Shown piece by piece: positions 13,004 to 25,245 of a stretch of DNA of 64,000 nt. The stretch is from Candidatus Levyibacteriota bacterium (lineage in GTDB: Bacteria; Patescibacteriota; Microgenomatia; Levybacterales; UBA12049), in contig OY970292.1 of assembly GCA_963716145.1 (NCBI GenBank), forward strand, positions 661,171-725,170, given 5' to 3'. The position numbers were made by a program, and so were the translations under genes. Numbering within the stretch: position 1 is the stretch's first letter; each line of letters begins with the position of its first letter. The notes beneath the pieces were generated by a model that saw only the letters and a list, made by a program, of their open reading frames with translations, searched no databases and was not told the DNA's origin.

Positions 13004-15163
13004 ATGAATACAGCCAAAAGAGAAATAACAGCATACCTCGAAAACATAAGTCTATTTGTAATAGGCGCTTTCCTCGTCCTCCTGCCTATTCTTTTTCTAA
13101 CAAATACTACTGATGCTTTTGTATTCCCCAAACAAATTGCTTTAAGTATTGCTATTGGCTTATTCAGTCTTTTCTTCGCTGTCAAAACAGTAAGCGAAGG
13201 AAAATTAAAATTCAGAACTTCTTCTTTTGATGCGCCTGTTGCACTATTTATAGTTGTCGCATTTCTCTCAGCTATTCTCAGCCGTAACCGTTATGACTCC
13301 TTGATTGCTTTTGTCCCCCTTTTCTTTACAGGTATTTTGTACTTTGCAATTGTTAACCTCGTAAAACGTGAAAAACAGTTACTTTTTGTTCTCTCCAGCC
13401 TTATCTTGGGGGCTGTTTTGTCTTCAGTTGTCAGTATCTTTTCATTTTTAAAAGTATATCCCCTGCCCTTTCCAAACACCCAAGTTCAACAATTTACAAC
13501 TTTGGGTTCACCGCTTGATCAGGCCCTCTATCTTGCCCTAGTCCTTCCTATAACAGGATATTTTATCTATGCATTTTCTTCCTCAATCAGATCAGGAAAA
13601 GAGTCTGCTCACACTCCATTTGCCAAACACGAAAAAAGGAATTCAACTCCTGTAATCGGCTTTAGCATAGCTTTTCTGATAATTGCCCTGTCATTGGGAA
13701 TAACTATATATATGCTTACCACTTCACAAAAACCTCTTATCCTTCCTTTTGAAACTGGAATTCAGACTGGCTTCGCAGCTATTTCACAAGATACGGGATC
13801 AGTCATAAAAAGCATCTTCCTGGGATCTGGTTTTGGCACATACTTGTCAGACTTTACCAGATTCAAACCAGCTGCTTACAATGCCAATCCAAATCTGTGG
13901 TCCTTTATATTCTTCCGTTCATCAAGCTTTGTGCTTGAGCTTTTAGCAACCACCGGATTACTTGGACTTGGTTCGTTTCTTTTCCTGGTCTTCAAGATCG
14001 TAAAGGCTCGCAACGCATTCCTACCACTTATTGTTGCTGTGATTGCCGCATTCCTCCTTCCCTTCTCTTTTACCCTTGTGGCTCTTTTCTTTGTTCTTCT
14101 GGCAATTTTTGCAGTCGTACTGATTCACGGTAATCCTGAAAAGTTTGCGGAAAGCGAATTCTACCTTGTGACCTTAAAACATGGACTCTTCGCCTTCAGA
14201 CCAGAGGGAGAAAACATCAGATTAAACGACTCAGAAAAGAAATTCAGCTTGATACTGCCTATTCTTTTCTTTATTGTAACTCTAATAATTGTTGGTTATC
14301 CACTATTCCTGACAGGAAGCTTTCTGATTTCTGATCTTACTTTTCAGAGATCGTTGGTGGCTGCATCCAAAAATAACGGACTTGAAACATACAATCTTCA
14401 GAATGCTGCGATTCAGCAATTCCCATACCGTGATATATACTATAGAAGCTTCTCGCAAACCAACATTGCGCTTGCGAACTCTTTGGCCAGCAATCAGCGC
14501 GAAAGCAAGGCAAGTCCTTCCGCACAACTTCAGCAAAATATCACAACTCTTATCCAACAATCAATTAATGGAGGCAGAACAGCAGTCGCTATATCTCCTA
14601 TGACCGCATTTAACTGGAACAATTTATCATCAATCTATCGGAGTCTGATCGGCTTTGGGGAAAATGCAGACCGCTTTACACTTGTTACGGCACAGCAGGC
14701 AATCGCACTGGACCCAAACAACCCTCAGCAATATCTTGATCTTGGAGGCGTATACTTCCAATTAGGGCAATATGATGAAGCCATAAGACAATTTCAATTC
14801 GCAATCAACTTAAAGCAGGACTATGCAAATGCCTACTATAACTTGGGTCATGCTCTTGAGGCTAAGAAAGACTATAAGAACGCGGTCGCAGCCTACCAAG
14901 TAGTCCAAAACATTGTAGCTAAGGACAAAACCAATGCTGACAAAATCAAAGCTGAGATAGAGGCACTCCAGAAAAAAATAGCCAGTGGTGATACCGAAAC
15001 AGCAACAGATACTGCCACAGCAACTCCAAGCGCCGATCTAAATGTAAAAGATAAAGCTAGCACTACTCTTCCTGAGACTGATCCACAAGTTAAAATCCCA
15101 GGTCCTAGCGACAGCCCAACTCCAGCTCCTTCTAAAGCGGTCTCACCTACCCCATCCCTGTAA
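13004..15163 (+). CDS. Polytopic membrane protein (O-antigen-ligase-like) with C-terminal TPRs
   Basis: Many TM helices, GSGFGTY loop, TPR motifs (LGGVYFQLGQYDEAI, YANAYYNLG), Pro/Thr tail. Confidence 0.8.
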   Translation: MNTAKREITAYLENISLFVIGAFLVLLPILFLTNTTDAFVFPKQIALSIAIGLFSLFFAVKTVSEGKLKFRTSSFDAPVALFIVVAFLSAILSRNRYDSLIAFVPLFFTGILYFAIVNLVKREKQLLFVLSSLILGAVLSSVVSIFSFLKVYPLPFPNTQVQQFTTLGSPLDQALYLALVLPITGYFIYAFSSSIRSGKESAHTPFAKHEKRNSTPVIGFSIAFLIIALSLGITIYMLTTSQKPLILPFETGIQTGFAAISQDTGSVIKSIFLGSGFGTYLSDFTRFKPAAYNANPNLWSFIFFRSSSFVLELLATTGLLGLGSFLFLVFKIVKARNAFLPLIVAVIAAFLLPFSFTLVALFFVLLAIFAVVLIHGNPEKFAESEFYLVTLKHGLFAFRPEGENIRLNDSEKKFSLILPILFFIVTLIIVGYPLFLTGSFLISDLTFQRSLVAASKNNGLETYNLQNAAIQQFPYRDIYYRSFSQTNIALANSLASNQRESKASPSAQLQQNITTLIQQSINGGRTAVAISPMTAFNWNNLSSIYRSLIGFGENADRFTLVTAQQAIALDPNNPQQYLDLGGVYFQLGQYDEAIRQFQFAINLKQDYANAYYNLGHALEAKKDYKNAVAAYQVVQNIVAKDKTNADKIKAEIEALQKKIASGDTETATDTATATPSADLNVKDKASTTLPETDPQVKIPGPSDSPTPAPSKAVSPTPSL

Positions 15164-15203
15164 TAAAGCTAAAATAAGCTAACTTTGCTTAACCGAAGGT
15201 TGA

Positions 15204-15377
15204 AATAATAATAGAGATTATAGTCTGCTTATGGATTGCTACAGTGATATTGCTCCTGCAATAAGTTACATTGATCCAGCTAAAAAACTTAGAGCTGATA
15301 TAACTGATGATGGGAACGTGAATCAGTTTGACTACAATCTTTTCCTCAGGGAGTTGACCAATATAAGCGGAGAGTAA
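15204..15377 (+). pseudogene. Orphan C-terminal dockerin/EF-hand-like fragment
   Basis: Translates DYSLLMDCYSD...ADITDDGNVNQFDYNLFLRELTNISGE*; in-frame TGA immediately upstream. Confidence 0.6.
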
Positions 15378-15440
15378 CTGAAAAAGAATAGAGACATGAT
15401 TTGCATCATATCTCTATATCAAAATATATACTAGTATATA

Positions 15441-15743
15441 CTATTGTCTATTTTGTCTAAAACAGTCTCGACAAAGAACTGGTTTATCGCCTCTTGGTTC
15501 AAAAGGTACAGTGTCGTCTTTTCCACAGTTTGAACACTTTATTGGGAAAGATTGTCTTGGTCCTCGGTCACCACCGCCGCCTCCGCCTCCACCGTTGAAG
15601 TTTGCACGAGCTTTTGCCCGGCAATCTTTACAGCGAAGTGGTGCGTTGAAGCCTTTTTCCTGGTAAAATTCCTGTTCTTCGGCTGTCCAAGTAAACTCGG
15701 CGCCGCAGTCTTTACATTGAATTGTTTGGTTTGTAAATGCCAC
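15441..15743 (-). CDS. Zinc-ribbon / CxxC-x17-CxxC domain protein
   Basis: CKDC..FTWTAEEQEFY..CKDC, Gly linker, CSNC..VPFEPRGDKPVLCRDC; SD-like GGGGTGA upstream. Confidence 0.85.
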   Translation of the reverse strand: MAFTNQTIQCKDCGAEFTWTAEEQEFYQEKGFNAPLRCKDCRAKARANFNGGGGGGGGDRGPRQSFPIKCSNCGKDDTVPFEPRGDKPVLCRDCFRQNRQ

Positions 15744-16018
15744 TTAAGATTCACCCCCTTTTTGTTTCATATTTTCTGTAATCCTAAGTGACTAAAGTGA
15801 AGAAATTTCTTGCAAGCCTTAGATTCTCTGGAATACTGATTGCTAACAGATTATGAGCATCAATAAATATTGATAATCAAAATCTATCTGCATTATACCA
15901 CAGTATATTTGCCAATGTCCATTTGTCATTTGCCATTGATTTCCGATTTAACAATTTGGTAATTGAAAATAAAATATAAATGGAAAATGGAACCTGGAGA
16001 ATGGAAAATAAAGCGCAT

Positions 16019-16684
16019 CTACTGGCTTGGAAGTGCCGTAGGAGCAGTTGTGGCCTCAGGAGCAGCAGTTGGTGCCTCCCCAGTTGGTCCGCTTGGTGTT
16101 GGACTTGGGCCAATATTGATCGGCGCTACATTGATAATCTTATTTTTGGATGGGCTGTAAAGAATTGCCTTTTTTGACTGGGTATAAATAAGTACCTTAT
16201 CGCCATTTACAGCTTTTGCGAAAAATGCCTGATTCTTGAGTTTGGCATTATCAGTGACAGTTGCAATTGTCGGGGTTTCGCTGGCAGGAAGATCAATTAG
16301 CTTCCCGACTTTATCAACAAGCTGTTTTATTTCAGTTTTGGATACTTCCTGAGGATTTTTGAAGTTTTTTAACTGCTCTTGTGACTGCCTATAAAGGAAA
16401 AAACTGTATGCAGATGCACCAATAGCAATAATCAATAAAATAATCACTATCCGCCCTCCTACACCCTTTAATTTGCCGGTCTTTTTATTGTTACCAACTG
16501 AGACTTCTTTGTCAACTATTTCTGTCATAATTTCAGATTTAGGAATACTTTCTTCAACCGGTTTAGAAAATGCGCTTTCTTTAACTCCTGCTTCGGACGC
16601 GTCTGACGTAGCTGGAGAATCTGTGAAAGTCTTCTCGGGGATTGATTTTTTTCCAAATTTTGCTGAGGGTGCTCGCTTTGCCAT
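16019..16684 (-). CDS. Single-TM hypothetical protein
   Basis: TM IVIILLIIAIGASAYSFFLY, globular VGKLIDLP.ETPTIATV domain, Pro/Thr tail. Confidence 0.75.
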   Translation of the reverse strand: MAKRAPSAKFGKKSIPEKTFTDSPATSDASEAGVKESAFSKPVEESIPKSEIMTEIVDKEVSVGNNKKTGKLKGVGGRIVIILLIIAIGASAYSFFLYRQSQEQLKNFKNPQEVSKTEIKQLVDKVGKLIDLPASETPTIATVTDNAKLKNQAFFAKAVNGDKVLIYTQSKKAILYSPSKNKIINVAPINIGPSPTPSGPTGEAPTAAPEATTAPTALPSQ

Positions 16685-16727
16685 AAAATCTCTCCTATAT
16701 TCAGGTTAGCTAATTAATAATCGAGTG

Positions 16728-16886
16728 TCAAGCTCTAGCAAGCTCAGCTATAACTTGTTTTTTATGCAAAGAACAAATACCGTGAGTATATTGCTGTCGT
16801 TTTTTTAAAGGTATACGAGCTTTTGATCCGCACCATGCGCAAACCCAGATAAGTTTTGTTAATTTATTTTGCATATTTGCTTTCAT
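16728..16886 (-). CDS. 52-aa putative zinc-binding microprotein (CAWC...THGICxxH)
   Basis: Manual translation MKANMQNKLTKLIWVCAWCGSKARIPLKKRQQYTHGICSLHKKQVIAELARA; below the ORF-track cutoff. Confidence 0.65.
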   Translation of the reverse strand: MKANMQNKLTKLIWVCAWCGSKARIPLKKRQQYTHGICSLHKKQVIAELARA

Positions 16887-17000
16887 GTTTTTAATTTGGC
16901 TTTTGGCAAAATTAAATAACTACTTTGAATAGCAGCAAAACGTTATGTATATTTACTTTTATGCTCCGCCAAAGTTTCATACTTCTTACCTCCTTTCTCT

Positions 17001-20000
17001 TTAAGGTGTCGGGCTGGGCGATATTATCAACCCATCCCCCACTTGGATAGCAGTCCAGGAAAAATTCATATCGCTATCCGCATTCTTGTTAAGAACAATT
17101 GAAAAGCCTTTGCTGCTGCGCTTAGTCAGAATGAATTGAATATTTTTAGAAAAGAGATCTTTATCAAGTTTTTCCTCGCAAGCGCTTATTCCGGCAGATG
17201 CATTACAATCTCCATTACTTACCTGCTGATCAAACTCAGATTGATTTAACTTAACTCCGATAAGACTTGCATTGATAACCGGATCAAACTGATATTCTTT
17301 ACCAAACAGAACATCAACATGATCTCTATCCTTTTTGACAACTACATATCCGGCTGTATCCTTATTAAAAGTAGTAGTTCCTTCTATAACAACGTCTTTA
17401 TGGAAAGTAGCATTGTCTAGGAATTCGGCAAGCTTGGTAACTATCAAATTCTTGGTCATTACAGTATCAATAACATTTAGAATTCCCTCAACCAAACCAT
17501 TACCTTTGACACGAAGGTCAGCTGACACAGTCGCTGATCCATCAACCCTCAATCCTTCTAATACCATAAGCCCGGACGAGGAAGAAGTCGGGCTAGTACT
17601 TGATCCCAAGACAGATAGATTGGCAGAGTTTGATGCGTTAAGGTAAGGATCTGCTGCAAATATAATAAGACTTGCTTCAAGTGATGCAACTTTTGACTTA
17701 AGATCTGAAAACTGAGAGCTAATATCAGTTAACTTGCTATCTAATCCATCAACTTTTCCCGATACAGACACATGGGCTGAAGAACTGGAAACTTGTTGGC
17801 TAAAGCTAGCAGAATCAAATCCAACTAATCCGCTCAGGCCAGGTTGAGCAGAAGAGGTAGCTGAAGGAGTCGCATTTTCCAGCTTAGTTAAGCGTCTGAC
17901 TATGTCTCCAAGTGTCCAGGCGAGATCCTTTTTGGGAGCCGCAGGGGGAGTACCACCAAGAGCCACAACTTCAGCAGCAGGATCAGTGTTTGGCAGAACT
18001 AAGTTTCCGCTAGCATCAAGCGTAAGATTAGCCAGGAGATTGTTGGGGTCATACCAGATTGGATGCACTAAGACTTTTATAGTACCTATCCCTGAACCAT
18101 TATAAGCTTCAAGTGCCCGCCCGACTATCTCACCGGCTTGAGTAGTTTTTGCACCAACTCCGGGGATATCTGAAAGACTAATTGGGTCACCGGGTTGGAT
18201 CGAGCCATTCTGAGTAGATACTTTGGTTATAATCTGACCACTCAAACCAACAAGACTATTGGTTTGGGCGTAATCATTATCACAGTTGTTGTCATCTGTC
18301 TGGCAAAGCGGACCGTTACCGATAAATCCAGGATTTCTGGAAACAACCCCAACCAGAGCAGTTGAACCGGTTGCCCTGATCACAGAATTTGCATGTGTTG
18401 TATCAAGCATCACAATATCACCCTCAGCTGGTTTGGCGCTGGCATTTCCGTCGAGAAAATACTCGGCATAATCAGCAGCTGTTGTGGTATAGGCTACTGC
18501 ACTGGCGCCACCCTGGATTTTTCCGGCCACTGTGCCTGCTCCGGCAAAAGCGACAAAGTAGTTACCCGTAGTACGTGAAGTATTGGCTGTACCAATGTTA
18601 ATCAATAGACCATCAGAACTACTACCTGGTGCTCCGGCTGAGGTTGCTGTTGATAAGTTTTTGATCTGGGCGATGTAACCGGTACCATTGGTTCCCTGGA
18701 CATCTAGCAGGAAGCCTGGATTGGTCACGCCAATCCCCACATTGCCAGATGAGTTAATTATCAATCTTTCGGTGGCATCTAAAGCTGAGGCATTGGCTAT
18801 TACAAAATTACCGGTACTTCCGCGGTAGCCGATTGAATATCTTGCTGTACCGTTTTCACGGAAGTTAACAAAAGACTGGTCACCGCTGGCAGAATCAATC
18901 CGAACAGCAGCAGCAGCAGCACTTGATATATGAAGTTGCGCTCCTGGCGCTGTGGTCCCGATGCCCACGTTGCCACCTACATAGGCATCAGAGTTAACTC
19001 TCAAGTTGCCATAGACGCGGGCAGTACTTGCGCCGTCATCAAGAATATCAATAGAGCCAAGCCTAAATGAATTAACATGTGCAGTGCCATTAATCTCAAG
19101 TAGATATCCAGGATTGGTGAGACCGATGCCGACATTGCCGGCACTAGTTACACGTACCCGTTCTGTTGTTCCGCTGAAGATGCCAAGATCCATTGCTCCA
19201 CTGGTTGCCGGTGCAATTCCAGCCAGAGATATGGTAGAAGTAGCTGCTAAACTGTTGAATTTTAGTTGACCATAGCGAATGATCGAAACGTCATCAGTAT
19301 TATTGATACTAATTGTGGGTGCATTTCCAACAGTGCTGCCATTTGCTCCAGCAACAGCAAGTTTGTCTGTCGGACCCGTAGTGCCGATGCCCACGTTGCC
19401 GGATCCCAGAATTGTCATTGCATCTACAGGTGTACCTGCTGTTCTGAGGCGGAAGTTAATGCTTGTTGCCGCACTATCAAACCTGTTATCTATGAATGAT
19501 TGTCCGGTTGTGGTTTTATGCCATATATCAGTACCATTTGAAGCATCAGAACCGCTTCTAAGCAGAATGCCTGCGTCGCGTGAAGAAGATGAAGAATTAA
19601 TCTCGAGTATTCTACTCCCATTCGCGCTAACAAAGTTGTTTGGCAAAGTCGCTCCAGGAGTGGTTGTGCTGATACCAACGTGGCCCCTTGGAAAATAGCT
19701 GCATAAGTAGTATCAGCCGTGTTGGCGGTAGTAGCGTCTACATATAGTCCGGTTACTGTGTTAGCCAGTGATCCTGCATCGGTGAATGAGATATGCTGAC
19801 CATAAAGAGTATTGGCATTGGTTGTTTGACTATTGGTAATTGCCAGTTTATTACCATAGTATGTTTGAGATGCTGCAGTACCGGCAATAGTATATGTTCC
19901 CAAAAGTCCATAGGCACCTGAAGTTGTGAGGTTATTTGTGCTCAAAGAGAGCCCACCGGTACTTGGAGTCTGAAGATCTGCAAACACACTGCCATCGGTC

Positions 20001-23000
20001 TGGGTCAAACGGAGTTGAGGATTTGAAGCATCCAGGACATCAAGCTTCCGGTCAGGCCCAGTGGTCCCGATGCCCACGTTGCCGTTTGAGAGTATGGTCA
20101 TTCTTGTATTAAATCCATCTGCTGCCCTGGTATTAAAAAGTAAATCTCCATAATTATTGGCTAGATCAATCATCTTACCTACGATGCTTGCCGCTGTAAC
20201 TCCAGCCTCCTGAAACCGCAAGCTGGCATATCCATTTGCCGATCCTGCTGCTTGATCAATCTCCAAAGCAGCTGTTGTAGATTCGCCAAGATTGGAAGTC
20301 GCTCCGGATGTATTAGTTGATCGGACCGCTGTAGTGCCTAAAGCATTGACTGTAAAGCGATTGGAGCTAGATTCCTGAAGAGTTATTAAATTAGAGCCTG
20401 TGCTTGATAACGTATTGGTTATATTAAGTTTTATGGCGGAAGGATTGGCTGAACTGACATTCCATGTTCCCGAAAGATCAAGTAGAGGCTGGGTATTTGC
20501 TGAGCCGGTTAAAGAGTAACCAGATACAGTGATTCCTGTTTGATTAGCAGTAGATTGGACCAAATGTAAAAGGCTGGTTGGATTAGTAATCCCAATCCCC
20601 ACGTTGCCCGCAGAGTTTATGCGCATACGCTCGTTGGTGTGGCCATTGGTAGCAAACATAATTGGTGCGTTCGCTCTTGTGATAATCCCAAGGCCTCCCG
20701 ATAAGCCGCTGTCTGCGGAAAGATACCCGGCATCCTGGACAAATACTCCGGTTGTGGTAAATCCTGTACCGAGTGCACCAATGCGAAGTGAGTCTGTTAC
20801 TGTAGTGCCATTTCTGACTTGAAAGACAGCTTGAGCACCTGTACCTGCACTTACATTTTCGATAACACCAGACGTAGCAGTATTCTGATCCAGCTTAACG
20901 TGGAGCAACTCGGCTGGCGCTGTTGTCCCAATACCCACATTACCTGAGGAGTTGATGCGCAGTGATTCCACTCCTCCGTTTGCAAACGCTATAGTTGACG
21001 CAGCTGGTCTCCACATACCGGTTGTAAGGTCCGAGGTCCAGGCATAGGAAGGAGCAGTTACCGTATCTGATGCTTGACCCAAGAATTGAGTATCAGTATC
21101 TATGCTTGTTGTTGCTTTAATGTTTCCTACAATATGAAGTTTATTTGTAGGGTTGGTGATGCCAATCCCCACGTTGCCATTAGCCAGGATAGTTAATTTC
21201 TCAGTAGGTGCGTTATCCGCAGTACCTGATCCTCCTGCTGTGGCTGTAAAGAAATGAAGAGCAGATGAGCCTGTGCCCGTGGAGGTACCTGATTTGAGGG
21301 TCAAATCTCCACCGGCCAGGTTGGCTGTACCTGCTATTGCTCCACCTGATGAGATGGTAAATCCCTGTCCTGCGGTAGCAGCAGTGGTATTCCTATCCAT
21401 ACCAAATGTTCTCGCTGCGGTACCGCCCAGAGCAAGTATCGAGCCTGGCGCAGTCGTCCCAATCCCCACGTTGCCATTAGCCAGAATCCTCATAACTTCA
21501 CTGTAGGCTCCTCCTGCAGCCCGGAGCTGAAATGCAAAATTGGAGTCTGCAGAGCCATTGGTCGGTTGAATCAGGTTGAGTACGCCTATCGCGTTATTAC
21601 TTCCGTTATCATTTGATGCCTGTAGCCGCAGACTACTAATAGCTCCGTTACTACCGCCATTGGCTTTGTTGTAAAAGAATGAGGTACCCGTTGTTATGGC
21701 AGTGGTACTATACGCAGTCGCGTCTGCGGTATCAATTTCCAATTTAGACGCCGGAGCCGTGGTCCCGATGCCCACATTACCTCCTTGGAAAAGGGCTGAG
21801 TAAAAGGTAGTATTGGCGAGTGTCCCGGGATCAGCGATATTAAGACCTACCCAGGTACATGCTCCCCCGGTACAGGCTGTTTTGGTAGGTATTGCAATAT
21901 TGAGGGCATTGATCGCTTTTGTGCCGGTTGCACCGGAGGTGCTTATAGTTGAGGCAATGTTAATACCATTTACTATGCTGTTTCCACTTGTATTTGAGGC
22001 GCCATCAATGACAGACAAATTAACAAGGCTTCCCGTATTACCTGCACCAGGATCATATGTTCCTGTATTTGCGATGTTTAATAAGCTGCCTGTTGTGATA
22101 CCTGTTTTGGTAGAGGTAATATTGACGGCTTTACCGCTTGTTAAGGCATTGGTTTCAATATTCAAGAAGTTGCCCGTGGTCAACGAAGTAGATTGCAGGT
22201 CCAAGACACCAAGCGTATTGGCTCCATTGCCGATCGTTGTTGCCGAATTGTTGGTGAGACTCAATGTCGCTGCAGTATTTGAGCTACCAATCAAATCCAA
22301 AAGCCCGCCGGGCGCAGTCGTGCCAATGCCTACGTTGCCAGAGAAATATTTATCACCTGCGCCCAGTGACTGATTGGCGAGACTGACAATACCAGGTACG
22401 GTTGCAGAAGCTACCTCCAGATTGCGGCTTGAGGATTCGGTAAATACTAGATCGCTCCAACGGACATTATTATCAGCGGCACCATGATAATTAACTAGAA
22501 ACAGTAATTTTACATACGCTGTACCATAAGAGAATAAGCTAGCTGTACCTACACCCGCAGTATCAAGACTACCAATATAACCTTCATAGCGAGTCCATGC
22601 ATTTGGCACCGTAGTATTCGCGGTCGTAATATATTTATAAGTACCACCCGACTGATTGTTCCTCACTGCTGTACCGGCAGCAATGGTAGGACCAGCCCAC
22701 GGAACACGCAACGTAATGACATTACCGCTAATGCCGGTAGTATCCCAAGCCCCAAGGCTGCCGTTACTGCTATAGTTACTCGAGTAAGTACGCGAATAAG
22801 TATAGTTTGGATAAGTATATCCTTTAGCATTTGTATACCCATACCAGATAAAATTACGAGTATGACCAGTACCACTGGTACTCCAGCCTGTTGCGTCTGT
22901 CAGGGTTATGGTGTTATCTCCAGGGTTGAGTTGAGCAGCCAGGGTTGTATCAGTTGAGCCGCTATACTTCAAATATGATTCTGGAGCAATTGAATTACCA

Positions 23001-24798
23001 TCAATATCATATTGTGCTACGCCAAGATATTGTTTGTTGGCTGCATTGAAGTTGGCCCCGCCGGTATCTCCAGACTTCCCCCAGCCAATCAAACGATAAT
23101 ACTTCTCAGGATCTACAGGTATGAGTTCATCGTTGAGTCTTGCTTGTTGACTAACATTGACCCGGAATGATCCTGCACCTCCATGTGTTTCCACAGAATC
23201 AAAGGTAAAGGTCGAGAAGTTATAGTTATTAAGAAGCAGTCCTGACCCGTTGGTAATAAGGTTTTCCGTACGGGACTGGACATAGTTGGTGGTCGCCAGT
23301 AGGTTAGTCCCCACGCCGGCCGCGCCGCCGGCAGTTGTAGTAGCCGCACCGGAAAAGTTGGCTGTACCGCTTACATCCAGTTTGTAGACCGGAGCAGTCG
23401 TCCCAATCCCCACATTCCCATTAGCCAAGACTGTAAGTGCCTCAACTCCTGCTGCTGAAACATGGAAAGGCTTGAGAGTTGAACTGGCTGCTGTTGTTAG
23501 ATTCAACAGATAGCCTGTTCCGCTGTTGGAAGCTGTGTCTGTCAGGTTAAATAGATTGGTTGTAGATGTAGCATTTCCGTAGGTAAAAGTTGTACTGAAG
23601 CTCGTTCCGACGCTTTGGTACATGTTGAAAGCCAAATTCGCAGTTGGGGCAATCAGCGATGACCAAGAACCCCACCACTAATACAACCTGAACACGATGC
23701 AACTGTCAGCGCACCTGCCTTTGACACCTTCCACGAACTTGCTGTTCCGACAATATCGTTTAAATTGCTACCAGAGGCGTTAGACAAGTTGAACTTAAGT
23801 CCGGTTTGATCCTGTACTCCTGTACCTGAAAGTGTAATCGATTGGCCGACAATCGCGCCCGTCAGAGCGGTTGAATCTGTAATTCCAAGTATGGTTCCAG
23901 TTGTTTGGGTTGAAGCCATAGTCTGTGCAACTGATGAGGTATTTGTCAGAAGGGTTCCGCCTGTTGGCAAGGTAACACTGGTAGTACCTGTTGTTGTCAA
24001 GGTCAAAGGATTGGTGCCTGATGTAGTGAATGCATCAGCAAATGAAACATTTTTGGCGGCAGTAAGCGTAAGCGTTTCCCCTCCCCCAAAGGTAATGACA
24101 TTATCAGCCAAGGTTGTTGAACCGTTTAAGGTCAGGGTTTTACCGTCAGTTCCGGTAATAGTCGCGCTGCTATTTGCTGTCAATGTTTTCCCGTTGGCAA
24201 TTGTCAAAGTGCCTGTTGTGTCAGTCACGGTTAAGCCATGAATCTTATCAGCATTAAAAGCATACGGAACAGCTGTGAATCTAACTCTTGGAGTCATTTC
24301 GCTAGCTTCCGTGCTTATCTTTATCCCCAGATACAAATTATCTGTATTGAAGTCAACACTTCCGGGAAGTGCGGTAACAGCACCTAAGGGCACTTGGAAA
24401 ATGCCGTCACCATTTGCTATGACCACAGAATCAGTTTCTGTCCAAATAGCTGTTCCTCCTGATGAAGCAGAGTAAAGAGAAAAAATAATCGAGTATGTTC
24501 CATTGGCGACATTAAGTCCGTTGGCATCAACAAGCTTTCCCTGAAAATTTATCTGCTTATTTATTCCAGCTGCTGCATTTGCGGGAGTAACTAAAAGCGA
24601 AAAGGTGATGACAGAAAATAAAAGCAATAATGCAATTGGCAAAAGGGGGCTGATGAAGTTTTTTGAAAAAAAATATTTAATCCCTATTTTTTTCTCTATC
24701 CGGATTGCAGGAATTATCCCGATCTTTAATCTTCTGGATTTTTGAGATTTGATTTCTTGTCCTGAGTTTTTCGAATGGATTGATATTTGATTTTTCAT
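17001..24798 (-). CDS. Giant GNVGIGTT-repeat fibre/adhesin-like protein, frameshifts near 23645 and 19680
   Basis: ORFs 23653..24798 (TM/signal, INFQGKL domain), 19490..23635 and 17001..19646 (ADYAEYF module) are collinear parts of one architecture; 13 GNVGIG-type junctions. Confidence 0.8.
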
Positions 24799-24935
24799 GC
24801 TGAGAATACTAGTATTAATATGTGCCTCTGTTATTAATAATAGGAGAGCCTGAAAATACTAGTCAATAATTTGAAAACTTTGTATAAAATTGTATATTAT
24901 TGTTATAAATTGTATACTGTTTAGGAAACCAAAAT

Positions 24936-25223
24936 ATGAGTGAAAATAATCTTTTATCAGTCAAGCAAGTAGCCTTTATTTTGAAAGTTCATCCCTTGAC
25001 AATACGCCGTTATATTAACGACAAAAGACTAAAAGCTATTAAAGTCGGGGGCAATGTCCGGATAGATGAAAACGAGTTACAGAATTTTCACAAAGATATA
25101 AACCCATCAGATAAATCAAAAAACAGGATTTTTAAATCAACAAAACAAGCAGCCAAACAATTTGGTCCCGATGATCCCCTCTTTCATTTGATGGGCCGGG
25201 GTGCCAGTTTAAAATTAAGCTGA
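24936..25223 (+). CDS. Excisionase/MerR-like HTH protein
   Basis: LLSVKQVAFILKVHPLTIRRYI...AIKVGGNVRI. Confidence 0.85.
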   Translation: MSENNLLSVKQVAFILKVHPLTIRRYINDKRLKAIKVGGNVRIDENELQNFHKDINPSDKSKNRIFKSTKQAAKQFGPDDPLFHLMGRGASLKLS

Positions 25224-25245
25224 TAAGAGCTGAAAGGAAATAAAT

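Noticed and set aside
1-24798. Diversity-generating retroelement acting on the fibre genes
   Set aside because: No reverse transcriptase and no template/variable repeat pair with adenine-specific mismatches noticed
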